From: Kudoa neothunni
Lineage: Eukaryota > Animalia > Cnidaria
NCBI GenBank assembly: GCA_964304625.1
Contig: OZ199839.1
Location: 9,314,528 to 9,378,527, forward strand
Length of the DNA: 64,000 nt
Direction: 5' to 3'
Position numbers and translations under genes: made by a program. Under the pieces are notes generated by a model that saw only the letters and a list, made by a program, of their open reading frames with translations, had not been told where the DNA came from and did no database searches. This document shows, in pieces, positions 52,560 through 64,000 of this stretch. How positions within the stretch are numbered: position 1 is the stretch's first letter; every line of letters begins with the position of its first letter.

Positions 52560-55479
52560 TTCTTACAATCCTTCTGTAATTCGTGGATTATCCCAACATA
52601 TATTACTATATGATTTTTGATACCTCAATGATCCATTTTTGACATAACTGTCATTATTAACAAATAAAAGTAACTAACAACTGTTGTATTATTTCAAATT
52701 TAAAATATACTTTTCATTATTATTCAATGAGGAATGAATTTTAAAACTTTTGGAGTTAAATAAAAGTAATTGGATTAAACAGGGAAATAATTTCATCACA
52801 CCTAAATGCAATATTCAATAATGGTAATAATAATTAAAGTAATTTGAAATAAAATAATAAACTCTCGACAAATAATGAATGAAAATAATGATCTGTTGCA
52901 ATATCTTATATTTGTTCTTCTGTAAAACATCCGAAAAAATTTAAAACGGTAAAAACATGAAAAAGGGGATTGATATTTATTAAACGACAATTTTTTAAAG
53001 TGAGGATAGCTTTATGAAACTTTAAATGTTTTTTAGAGGAAAATAGAAATTAGTTATTTTAAAATATAGTTAATTCTAAACTCTATATAATATTTTTGAT
53101 CAGATTACGATATTAAAGATAACCTAAGTTGTTAAGCAATAAATCAGTGAAAATCGATAGTCTTTTTAAGTTAAAGTTTTGAAACGTTTACCATTTAATG
53201 CAACTTAATCATCTTCCATATCTAGCTAAGATCTCTCAAGAAATATCATTACAAGAATACAAAGTTTTCGTTTAGTTTATAAATAAAATCAAATGAAAGG
53301 TATATTGAACCTCCATTGATTAATATATTAATCAGCTCTTTTACCTAACCAAATGGTGTGTGAAAATTATTGTCATAATTATTAATGAATAACTAATAAA
53401 TTAATGGAGATAATTTAAAAATAAAACCGTAAAAATGTAAGACTAACGTAAAAACTAGCCAGGTATTCCAATCAATCTTATCGTGGACATCGAGGCAAAC
53501 AAAAAGTAATGATATTATTAAGTTCGATGCATAGCGAATTAAAAAAAATTGCTTGATCAGTGAGAAGAACTAACTCTTTTAGATACGATATATTGATACA
53601 TCCTAATGCGGTGCAATTCATCTAAAATATTCCAAATTTGATATTAATTTTCCTGAAAAAGATTTATTGCGGTCGTAACCAAATTTTGTCAAATATAATA
53701 AATTTCAATAATATTACCATATCGTAAATTTGATGCATTATAAAGATTTTATTTGCTTATTCTCCCGGCTTTACTTTATCTATTACTTAGATAGAATGTT
53801 TAATCAGATGTGTGAGGATTAAAAAATTACCGAAAAATGAATTTCCGATATTGAAGAAAACTTATTCTTAGTGTTATTTAGATGTCAACAGTTATATTGA
53901 TAACAAATCAAATGGTTAAATTATATGAAATATATATTGTATTTAATATTTTTTAGCCTATTTCAGATGTTGACTCATTAGTACAAGTAAACAACTTTTA
54001 TTGAATACTATTGTTTTAATTCGGAAAAAACATACTATATTATGAAAAGCGACAGGAATTTGTGCTTAAGGGGAAAAAACTTTTGGAATTGTTATTAGGA
54101 GGCAGAGAGATAATTATTACATTCAATCCAAAAAACTTTCAAAATTCAGGAGGGTACAAAGGTTATTGGTCGACCAGGTTCCTTTTGAATCCATTTGGAT
54201 GAAAATTAATTCTGAATTAAATTAAATATTCCTCCAAATAAAGTTTCATTAATTTTAAACTAAAATAAATTTTCGGCAAAGTTGTATAAGTTATATTCAA
54301 AATTTTACATTTTAGCAGTTTGGTTAAGACAGGGCTTCCTTATTGAGGTCCAACACCCACACCTTAATTCAACGAAAAAGTTGTACTGCCGAGCATGGAC
54401 TTTGCGTAATGCAAAGATTTTAATTAAACAGAATCTCTCTCGAAAAATATTGTTGCGAATCGTGGCACAATCGAAATTTGCAATAAGTCTGATAAAAGAA
54501 TAGTCGGTAGATGAATTTTTCTGAAAATTAATTTACGTTTTCAACCTATTAATATATACTTATTAGTATATGAAATAAAAATGACAATTGATTATTTTTT
54601 CATTCACAAAATAAATGTTTAATCGAATATTTGAAAAATCTGATCAAAAAATAATTTATTTTTGTATATAATTTAAGAGATAAAAAATTATGTTATAAAA
54701 TGGAATGAATTATTAAAAATTATATTTATTTCATAATGAAAATTATAAGGAGAATAAGAATTAAACTTTTAATTAGTGTCAATATTAAGTCTTTAATTAT
54801 TTGTGTTGAATATCTACATTTTTTTTTCAAATCAGGCTCAGTTTGCACTAAAAAATTAAGTAAACTAAAATGGAAACTTCGAAATTTAGGTAAACTGGTT
54901 TATTTTTTTCATTTAATGTTTAAATTTATATTTAACCTACTAATTAACTAATTAGTTCGAAAAGTTACACCTTCAATAAAATTGAGGTATATTTGGACCC
55001 CACATTTTTTTAATTTCTGCATAGTAAATAAAAATTAAACTCTACATTAATTTTAAGCAACATCCATCGAAAAGAACTCTAAAAAAGGCGTAATAAAATC
55101 AGTAACACTACACAGCGAGTGCGCGATTAATGGAGAAATTCAGTTTTTGATGATTTAATTATATCTATAATTAGGAAAGGTCAATATATGCGTCCAAAAA
55201 TTTATCCATTTCTTTAATCTCGTTTTTGAGAAGAGGTGCGGGTTGTCCTCATAAGTGACAGGTGGTGCAGAAACTAAAATGAATCGGGAAGCGCTGATAT
55301 AGAGCATATAACAAAATAATCAGTGATGACTGTACAATATCACTAAAAGCTATTAGGACAAATTTAGCAACATATTTAATATTTTTTGCATTAAATAATG
55401 TGTAAATTAAGCAAACAATAATTTTAATTACTCTTTAAAATGTATTTCTTTTGTGCTAAGGGTTAAGAATAGCACTGAA

Positions 55480-56100
55480 AATATCCAAGAAAGATATGAG
55501 TTAAAGTTACCTTTTAAAAACATTTCTAGAATTTATATAGACAAGCATTGGAATTATTGAGGCTTAAAGAAGTACAAGAACAAACAATATTCTTGGATGA
55601 GGCGAGATTTTCCTTGTCAATCAGACGCAACTTAGGCAGATCAGCCCGTGGATTACGAGCTATTCTTGTTTTTGATAATGTATTTTTTTGCAATGATGAA
55701 TAAAATATAAAAATTATTATTAAGCACTAGAGAATAAACACACTAGTTTTTAAAAATTTTATTTTGGATCTTTTAAAAGATTTGCGCAATAATAAATATA
55801 TCAAATGATCTCATAATAATGAATAATGTTCCATTCCATAAATCGACGATTATCCAAGATTCTACAACTGAGAAGAGACGTACTATTTTATTCTTGCTTC
55901 TACACTCATCATTCTTAAATCTCATTGAGAATATATTTGGTTGATGGAAGTCTAACGTTGGTCAGTCAAACCCAAAAAATTAAAATAAATTAGAACGATG
56001 TGTGATTGTCGCAACTGGGAGGATTACCGTGGATAATTTAAAAAATTACTATAAAACATTCAAAAAATACCATTCATAGTGTCTTTGGTCACCAATAATT
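55480..56100 (+). pseudogene. IS630/Tc1-like DDE transposase remnant
   Basis: IFLDEARFSL..GRSARG, IIMNNVPFHKS and SSFLNLIENIFG-WK motifs. Confidence 0.7.
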
Positions 56101-56399
56101 GGAAACTAATTTAAATAATATAATTAAAATAAAAGATCATTATTTTTCTATTTTTTGCAATTTGGAAATGGAAATACTGTATCTATTTTAAAGATATTTG
56201 GGCTTATACATTTATGTAATGTTGAGCAACCAAAAAGTCAAGTGATCGCGCGCCCAAATTTTCACTGTAAAATCGTTACATTATGGTTTTTCTCTCTTAG
56301 GAACATTCGTGAGTTAGGTTTTTGTCGCCGTGAAAAATATGGGATCAAAATACAGCGATTGAAATTAATTAGTGTCTACTCCGTATTAAAAGGAAGAAT

Positions 56400-56958
56400 A
56401 ATAGTGGACGAATGAAAAAAATGAAACTTAAGTTCTTAGTGAATCGGAAAGTGAGGATCCGGCAACCTGAAAAATTCAGAACGTTATGAAAACCGCTTAA
56501 TTTGTAATTGGTCCTTGGGTTGTTAGCATATCAGAATGTTCTATAAACAGCGAAGACCAACGCGCCTCGCTTGAACGTAGATTCTTTATTGAGGAAAGAA
56601 GAGACAAAAGCATTCTTCTATCGCTTATATTATAAGAGGTTGAGCATGGTGTCAAAATATTCACTGAAGGATGAGTGGAAAGCCTATCACATTTTGGTTT
56701 CTACGGATACAACTCGTAATGAATAATCACTCCCATGAATATGTTACCAGTCAAGGAAACTATAGAAAAGTAGTTGAGGAAGTATACCACCATTTGAAAA
56801 CAAGAATATTAAGAAGAATAAATGTGTTTCCAAGGCATTTGTTAGATTCTTATCTACCAGACGAGTGGCTTGGTACAAAGGATAGTGACTGTTGGTTGTT
56901 TTTTGATTACGCACTAACCGAAATATCAAATATATACAGAAATAATAAGAATAACTGA
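56400..56958 (+). pseudogene. Merlin/ISXO2-like transposase remnant related to 10963-11574
   Basis: ERYENRL, ERRFFIEERRDK and NHSHEYVTSQG..VEEVYHHLKTRILRR are co-linear with the other copy. Confidence 0.8.
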
Positions 56959-57139
56959 TCTTTACTCAATTATTCCAACATTGATCATGTATTTTTCCAT
57001 TTTTATGTTAATAGTTGCCTTTTTAAAAACGTGAAGGAAGAGTTATTATTATTATTATTTTATACTTTATCGATAGTCAGTTGTGTTTTATAGCTTTTGG
57101 TATATTTAAAACCAAAGTAATAAGACTTGAATTTCCAGA

Positions 57140-58010
57140 ATAGAACCGGAAATCATTGTATGACTGGAAATGGGGAAGGAGCTAGTTTGAACAAAGAGAC
57201 GGCTGAAAAGTTTGTCCAAGAATTCAGCGAGTTTTATTCTTGAAAAGGTGTTTAAGTGCGATGTGATTAGATTTTTATGGAACCGGCTGTCCAGAAAAAC
57301 CCACGTAACTAAAGAGGAAAGGGCATTACAAGAGCATACACCGATGAAGGATAGGTTAACGCTTTTACTCTGCAGCAACAATATTAGCGATGACTGTAAT
57401 GTGAAACCATTGCTTGTATACTATTCAGCTAACCTCAGTGTTATCAAAAAACGTTATTAAATTAAATTTCTTGTAATGTGGCGAGCAAAAACGAAAGCTT
57501 TAGTAACAAAAAATTCTTTAATTAGTGGATATGTGAGATTTTTCCACACAAGTGAATGACTATTTGATAGAATAAATCCTCATAACAAAATCCGTCTTGA
57601 TAATAGACAACGCTCTCAATTATCTCCTGATCTAGAATATATTTTAGTGTATGATTTCAAATTCATCAGAATGAAGTTTTTAACCTCCAACGGTACCCGG
57701 ATACATCAGTCTATGAACCAAAAAATCATTTACAAATTTAAGAAACTATATTTCCAAAATGAACAACAGAGACGTTGTTGAGAGAAACGTGGTTTGAAGA
57801 GAATGAGGAATGGGAGGAAGTTTAAATATTGTTATAAAAGAAAAGTATTGAGGATGGCCAAGTGAGACCTTTTGTGAAAAAATTCCACCCGGATACAGTG
57901 TTAATGAATAGAGCATGGACATTGTTACCGATAATGTTACAAATCACTCCAGAAAAAGTCAAAAAAGAAAGGAATAATTGTCAACATTAGATATGTTTAT
58001 ATCAAAGAAA
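57140..58010 (+). pseudogene. Tigger (TIGD1-like) transposase remnant
   Basis: VFKCD..FLWNRLSRKTHVTKEE..PMKDRLTLLLCSN, KPLLVY, LIIDNA and FLTSNGT..QSMNQ. Confidence 0.8.
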
Positions 58011-58222
58011 AAGTATGAGCTATTTCAGAAAGAGATCTAATTAAAGAAAAAAAGTCGCTAAATCGAATCATGCATCCCTCATCGAAGAAGTAACCCTGTT
58101 CTGTTAGTCCCACATAGACTCATTTAATCTATTATTTAATAACGAAAAATAGGTTAAATTTCAGTTCCTCCCCACTTCGGCGCCCACCTGTTGCCTGTCA
58201 TTAGTAATAATCAGGATTCCAG

Positions 58223-59090
58223 TTGTTTGTATTTTCCGGATTATGCTTGCTTCCTCCAATTTTCACTTACGAAAATTTAGATAAGCTAAATTTTGAAGAC
58301 TTATGTCACTTCAAGTATAATTTTGAAGATTTAATTATCTTTTTCCAGCAACTTGACTTACTACCAATATCAATGGTTTGTTCCCGTGGAGGTCAAATGA
58401 AACTTTCTCCAAGGAACAATGCTGCTGTTTCAAGTCATGCAGAATGGAATGTTCGATACGAAAGAACACGTTTTTCTACCAAGCCAAACTCTCTCTGTAT
58501 CAAATTTTAAAGATTTTATATTTTTGGAGTGTGTGAGCGACGGAACAATCTTCCTTGATAAATGAATGCCGTATTAATTCTTCCGCCAATACTGTGGATT
58601 GGAAAAATTTTATACGTGACATTTGTTTGGGTCATTTCAATCGTAACCCCAACAAAGCTAATGGCCCTGGCGTAAGAATCCAAACAGACGAAAGCCAAAT
58701 CTGTAAGAGGAAGTTTGGGGTTGGTAGAATCCTACAAAACCAAAGTCAATGGATAGTTGGCGGTGAGTATGGAAGAGTCTTTATGGTGGAAACTGAAAAG
58801 AGAGACACCCCTACCCCTGAAAATATTATTACCACTCATGTTGAGAGGGGATCTGTTATACATACGGTCATGAGATAGTAATTCATGATAGGAGTTTGTC
58901 TAGTCTACAGCACAGGAGTCCACACCCATTGAATTGAGGGACTGTGTAGCGGTTTTAAGTGGAAATATCGTTCGGTGACGAGTAATAAAAGGAAATGATC
59001 GCTTCCTATATTGCCGAATGGATATTTAAAAAACTCCATAGGAGGTGTGTTATTTAGAAATTTTTAGAAGCAGTTAAACATATTTATATT
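58223..59090 (+). pseudogene. Merlin/ISXO2-like transposase remnant of a different family
   Basis: VDWKNFIRDIC, GPGVRIQTDESQICKRKFGVGR, QWIVGG, HVERGSVIHT and GVHTH-IEGL. Confidence 0.8.
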
Positions 59091-62000
59091 TTTAGACTTT
59101 ATTGTATCGTAAATATCTATATAATGATGTCTTTTCCAGCCGTCAATCAACAAATATCCCCAACGACGGATGGACTTTCGCCGGAATTGATCCGCTGCGC
59201 ACAACGCACCTTTTTATATAGAGCAGTTGCTGCTGATGCAATGACAAAACGATAGATATAACATAATAACATTTATATGATTATTCTAAACATCAATCCT
59301 CTATACATATAAAAGAGAATTGTCTGTGTATGACATTAAGATCGCATGTGCAGCGAAAAAAGATTCCTTATAGGTAGATATTTATGTAACTTTTAATAAT
59401 TTATGACAATATAAAAATTCTCTCATTTTTTGTTATACTCATTCAAGTTCAAAATTAATGTAGGAAATTGTGTTGTCTTCGATATTAAGTTTGTTAAGCG
59501 GATTACATGGTTTCAATAATAGGATTATATTTGTTAACTCATGGCGGCATTATCTTTACTGAACTTCTGCAAGTTGTTTTGAACTTAAGCTATATATCCA
59601 TGATTTCAAGATACATCTTATATCGTTTATCTATCTGTATATTTAAAGTAGATGTGTGCTTAAATATACTTCTTATTTTTGTTACTTTTAGTGTATTTGG
59701 CTTGATAAGTACACTTTAAAAGTTCTATTGATGGATTTTAAAGTAGAGGAAACATGCGATTTTGCTAAATTAATGAAGAATTGGAAACACATGTTATACT
59801 GTTGTAATCTGATTGATTCAATCCTTACATACTGAACTGAAACTAGATCCACAAATTTCAATGTAGCGATCGTTAGACTTAATTTTAAGCGATAAGAGTT
59901 AATTTATAGATTGAAATATAACTTTGTTTGGTTACTTAACATATTTTTGTTTATATTAGGAGGCCACACAACAGTTTTGAGGAGAGAGCATATAAAAATG
60001 TGTCGGATAAAGATATTAATTTGAGCAATAAAAATTAGTTATCGTAAGTTATTATCGAGTTATTCAGGTTTTACTACTCTCATTATCTCTCTATAATGAT
60101 CTCAATTTTTTACTGTACTCATCACAGTCATTTAAAGTAGGATATATAAAAAAAGATGTATTCAATCTCTCCTCAGGGCTAATCAAAATACTCTTATATT
60201 TCTTTCGATTAATTTGTACCAGTCCGTAGCATTGACACATGAGCCAATGGATTCGGATGAAAGAAAGTGAATTTAAAACATCATAATTGGCATAAACTAG
60301 CGACTTTAATATACATAAATTGTTATAAATAAAAAATATTGATTTTTAGTCGTAATAAATATAGTAGAAATGGAGTAATAATGCCAAAAACTTACGAAAA
60401 AAGATAACTAAAAGATTAATTTGTAAAAATTTAAAAATGTAGTCACATATTTTTAAATTCAGATTTGAAATATCTAAAATAGGAAAAAAGATATTCATTG
60501 TCGTAAGAATAGACAGTTCTGAGAGAGATTATACTGTCTCGTAAAAATAGTTAATGCCTTAATATAATATTATATTTTATTAATTCATAAATTATGTTTA
60601 ATTATTTCGAACGGTAATGGGGGAGTATACGCCTCACCAAATTTAGCCTTTTCCGCATGCTCGACATTCCCGATTTTATTCAAAACTTGTTTAACAATAT
60701 TTTTAAATATCGAGTGAACAGAAAGAACTCAAAAATCATTACCTTCAAAATTATGACATCTGCCCTTCGGGTTAAATCGGCACGAGCGCATGTTTGTGCG
60801 CATTTTGGTTTTCCGTTGTTTTCTACTCTTTTCGATCATTAAAACAACTTTTATACAACTAGTTTCTTTTTATGATTTTTTAATCAATATTAAACAACCT
60901 ATTATTGTTATGCGGTATAGAGTTAAAAGGTTATAGGATGAAAATGCAATTTGTATGTGTTAAATTTCATTTCCTAAAATTAAAAATTTACTGTGAAATT
61001 TCAAAAAATTAGTTTTAGTTTGTATATTTTTTTATATGTTGCTAAATAACTATTCTCTAATTATATTGTATGTGAATGTTTTAGTTTTGTGCTATATTGT
61101 TGTTTTTTTAATTGAGTTACACATTTTATTTTTTGGGGAGAATCTACACAATGTTCTGTATATTATTGTTGGGCTTTAAACATTGAAGTGAAAAAAGATC
61201 GATCAAGATAATCCCGACATCAAGATTTATTCATTTTCTAGTTTACGTTTTTACGTTTAAAACCATAAAATTAGTTGATGTGGACAATATGTGCTTTTAG
61301 TATTATTTTATTTATTTTAAATTTGCGCGTTACTTTTTTTTATTTATATCGATTTAATCGAATTCAGCTATAAATATGGTTTTTATAGATTTGTAATATT
61401 TCCGCTATTTAGATTTCGTCGATCGACTCAAAAGTTCATATTCACAATTTATCATTTGATCTTTTATTTTTTTTAAATTAGAATTTAAAACCACACTTTG
61501 ATATCAAACAAATGTTTCTCAAAAAAATATATAACACGAAGGAATCAAATGTCGCTGAAAATCGTTGCGTTGTCTTCCTTAATTGAGATCTTTCCCCTAA
61601 TGGAAGTACTTATATCATTTACATTAAGATAACTCAACATATGGGTATATAATTGAAATATATTGGTAGAATGTTTTTTCAATTATTTTGCAATATTTAA
61701 AGTATTCGTGACTTATTTATAATATATTTTAATTAATGTAATTCTATGTTTATAAATATTAAAATTTGTAAAAATATAATATCTAATGGAATACAAGACT
61801 ATAGCCTATATTAGAACTCTAATGTTAACAAAACACACGTAACGAGTTTTATAAACATGATCCTTCGAGTGATAATATGAATAGAGATAGAACCTAATAG
61901 ATGATTTTTATTTAAAAACTAAACAAAATCGTGTAAGGATATAAAATCGAAATATTGTAATAATATTAGCTTCAGGCTGAAGATATAGTTTCAACTGGCT

Positions 62001-64000
62001 TTAGCGACAAACTTTCCACCATACCACAAATAACGTTACAAGAGTGAGTGCAACTGCGGATGATGTTGTGGCGTATATAATTCTAAAAGAAGTTAAAAGT
62101 TTTTATTTTTAAATCATTACATTGTGGTTTTCGATCTAAAATAATATTAAAATAAATCGAACAACAGTTAGTTACATTCCACTGGAAACACTTGAACTCT
62201 TTCCTAAAAAATAGGGAAAATCAAATTAGTTTTTAGAAAACGATTTTCTTATACCCAATCTAATTTCGGCCACACCATAATAAGATGGTTTATCCTGGAC
62301 AAAAACGTGAAGATGATAGTCGGTAACATCACGAATATTCAATATTTCGAAATTTTTGCATGCTTGAAAATCGGCACAATCAACTTTATTATCGAATGTG
62401 CAGCGTTTTATTATTTGTCTCTCTGCGGTGCTCAAGTAACTCAAATACCAACCACACTGTTCTTCACTATCAATCCCTTTTGGAAGACTCAAGCTAACAT
62501 TAAAAGTAGTCCCATCACGATTAATTATAACATCTATTTTCTTTGAATTATTGGTAGGAAATGGTGGCAATGATTCTACATTCGAAATAACAGCAATTTC
62601 CAACGACAAATTAATAACTAGTCAATTACTTGGATCTATAGTTAACCTTTGTTCATAGGTATTTTGATATGCTAAAACCGCGATTAAATATTCTTCGTTT
62701 GGATCGTATTGGTGTGTGAAAACAATATCTGTGCAGAGTGACGCGTAAGTACAGGAACCTACATCGGTATCTATTCTCTCTTCGTTGACCACAGCGGAAA
62801 ACAAAGAATCCATTCCAACCGGGCACTCGAAAACAAGTTTATGCTTCCCAAATTTTTTTAGCCATATTTTGTAGAAGCAGGTAACAGGCCAATTAACTAT
62901 ATAATTATGAGCTTGTGCAAACAACCTGAAGCCGTCATTAACGTAAGCTTTTCTTAGATTCATACGATGACCTGCTATAAAATCACTATTTAACCATTTA
63001 TTAATTTAATATAATACGAGTTTGAAAATTGTAAATATATTCGTCATGGCTGGCAGCAACAACCACTTTCAAATCATAGTTACTAGCTCCTCCAACCGAT
63101 AAGAACATTGTATAAGGGGAACAGTCTTTTATACAGGGATAACTTTTGTTACACATAGTGTCGTAAAACATATTCTTATTTGCTTCACTGAGATAGAAAG
63201 TACACGAAAAAGGCACCTTTGGGATGCCGTAATTTATATGTACTCGGAACGTTACAATTGTTGTTTTCAGTAAATCAAAGTAGGCTCTGAAAGAAGAATT
63301 TGGATGCTTGCCTACTATACAATTAAATAAGCTATGTTATTTTTAGTTACGTGTTCGAAAGAAAAGTCCCTCGACGAAATTTAACTCGGTACCCATGCTA
63401 ACAGTAATATTAACTTTGTAGGGCCTTCCAGAAGATAGTCCAGTCAGGATCTTTTTATTATTGCATCTATTATCACAAGGCAAACCATTATCACATATCG
63501 CGGTTGTGAGAGAATCAATCGACGGAGTGGGTTTGTCAGCCTCGTACACCTTGACATCACACCTGGTAAAGGGGCTAACGTTGCGGTCATTTTTCAACAA
63601 ACTCAAATCCAATTCCACTCTGTTGTGGTATTTATGAAATAGCTGGTTCCCCATATTCTCTTCATTTCTTCTAATAACTAAATATTTAATCACTAGGTAT
63701 ATTATTTGAGATTTTTATATACCAAACTTGGACTGTCTTAATCCAATGGAGTTTTGTTTTGTTTTAATCATAACCTCAACAACAGGGAAATAATTTGACA
63801 TAAATAATGAGACATTTTTAGAGGGAGCAACACACTTGGTATCGCCTTTATTTCCACAGTTTGATTCAAATTCATTCTGTTTGGGATTTGGAGCAGCATT
63901 TCTAATATAAAATTCGTATATTTCTGGCTGATAGTTGTTCAAGAATATAATGAAGTATTCTGCGATTGAACCTCTAGGCTTGTATTCGACGTAAAAATTG
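62001..64000 (-). CDS. 3' part of an orphan type I membrane protein with tandem FN3-like Cys-containing domains; starts beyond the window
   Basis: At least five ~105-120 aa exons separated by phase-1 introns of about 35-55 nt. FN3-like strand motifs include ILTGLSSGRPYKVNITV, YDPNEEYLIAVLA and LNIRDVTDYHLHVFV. Micro-exons 62176-62203 (28 nt) and 62121-62135 (15 nt) splice in frame to the TM exon IIYATTSSAVALTLVTLFVVWWKVCR*. Confidence 0.8.

Noticed and set aside
54330-55296. hAT MITE between CAGGGCTTCC and GGGAAGCGCTG
   Set aside because: The ends are plausible but the flanking 8-mers (GGTTAAGA and ATATAGAG) do not form a TSD, so the pairing is unsupported.

Overview
Very AT-rich eukaryotic (animal-type) genomic DNA with many tiny spliceosomal introns (about 39-70 nt), so most real genes are missed or fragmented by the ORF track. 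The style resembles compact parasite genomes such as Myxozoa or Orthonectida; this is inference, and the taxon cannot be fixed from the window. Hand-splicing recovers these genes: a complete 9-exon ubiquitin C-terminal hydrolase (UCHL3-like), the 3' end of a probable second UCH paralog, two inverted paralogs of a secreted five-domain Kunitz-type protein with reduced disulfide sets, GPCPD1, UBE2J1, TGFBRAP1 (Vps3/Vps39 family), an intronless KAT5/Tip60 with two frameshifts, and the 3' part of an orphan type I membrane protein made of Cys-decorated FN3-like repeats. Between the genes are decayed, often nested transposons: Merlin, several hAT families, piggyBac, pogo/Tigger, IS630/Tc1, an LTR gag remnant, Helitron-like ends and a tRNA-derived SINE. 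There are also several degenerate CUB-like exon sets. No prokaryotic system, CRISPR array or rRNA was seen. The best candidates for something new are the Kunitz pair, the FN3-like surface protein and a recurring pattern of single missing T residues in coding T-runs, which is most likely assembly error.
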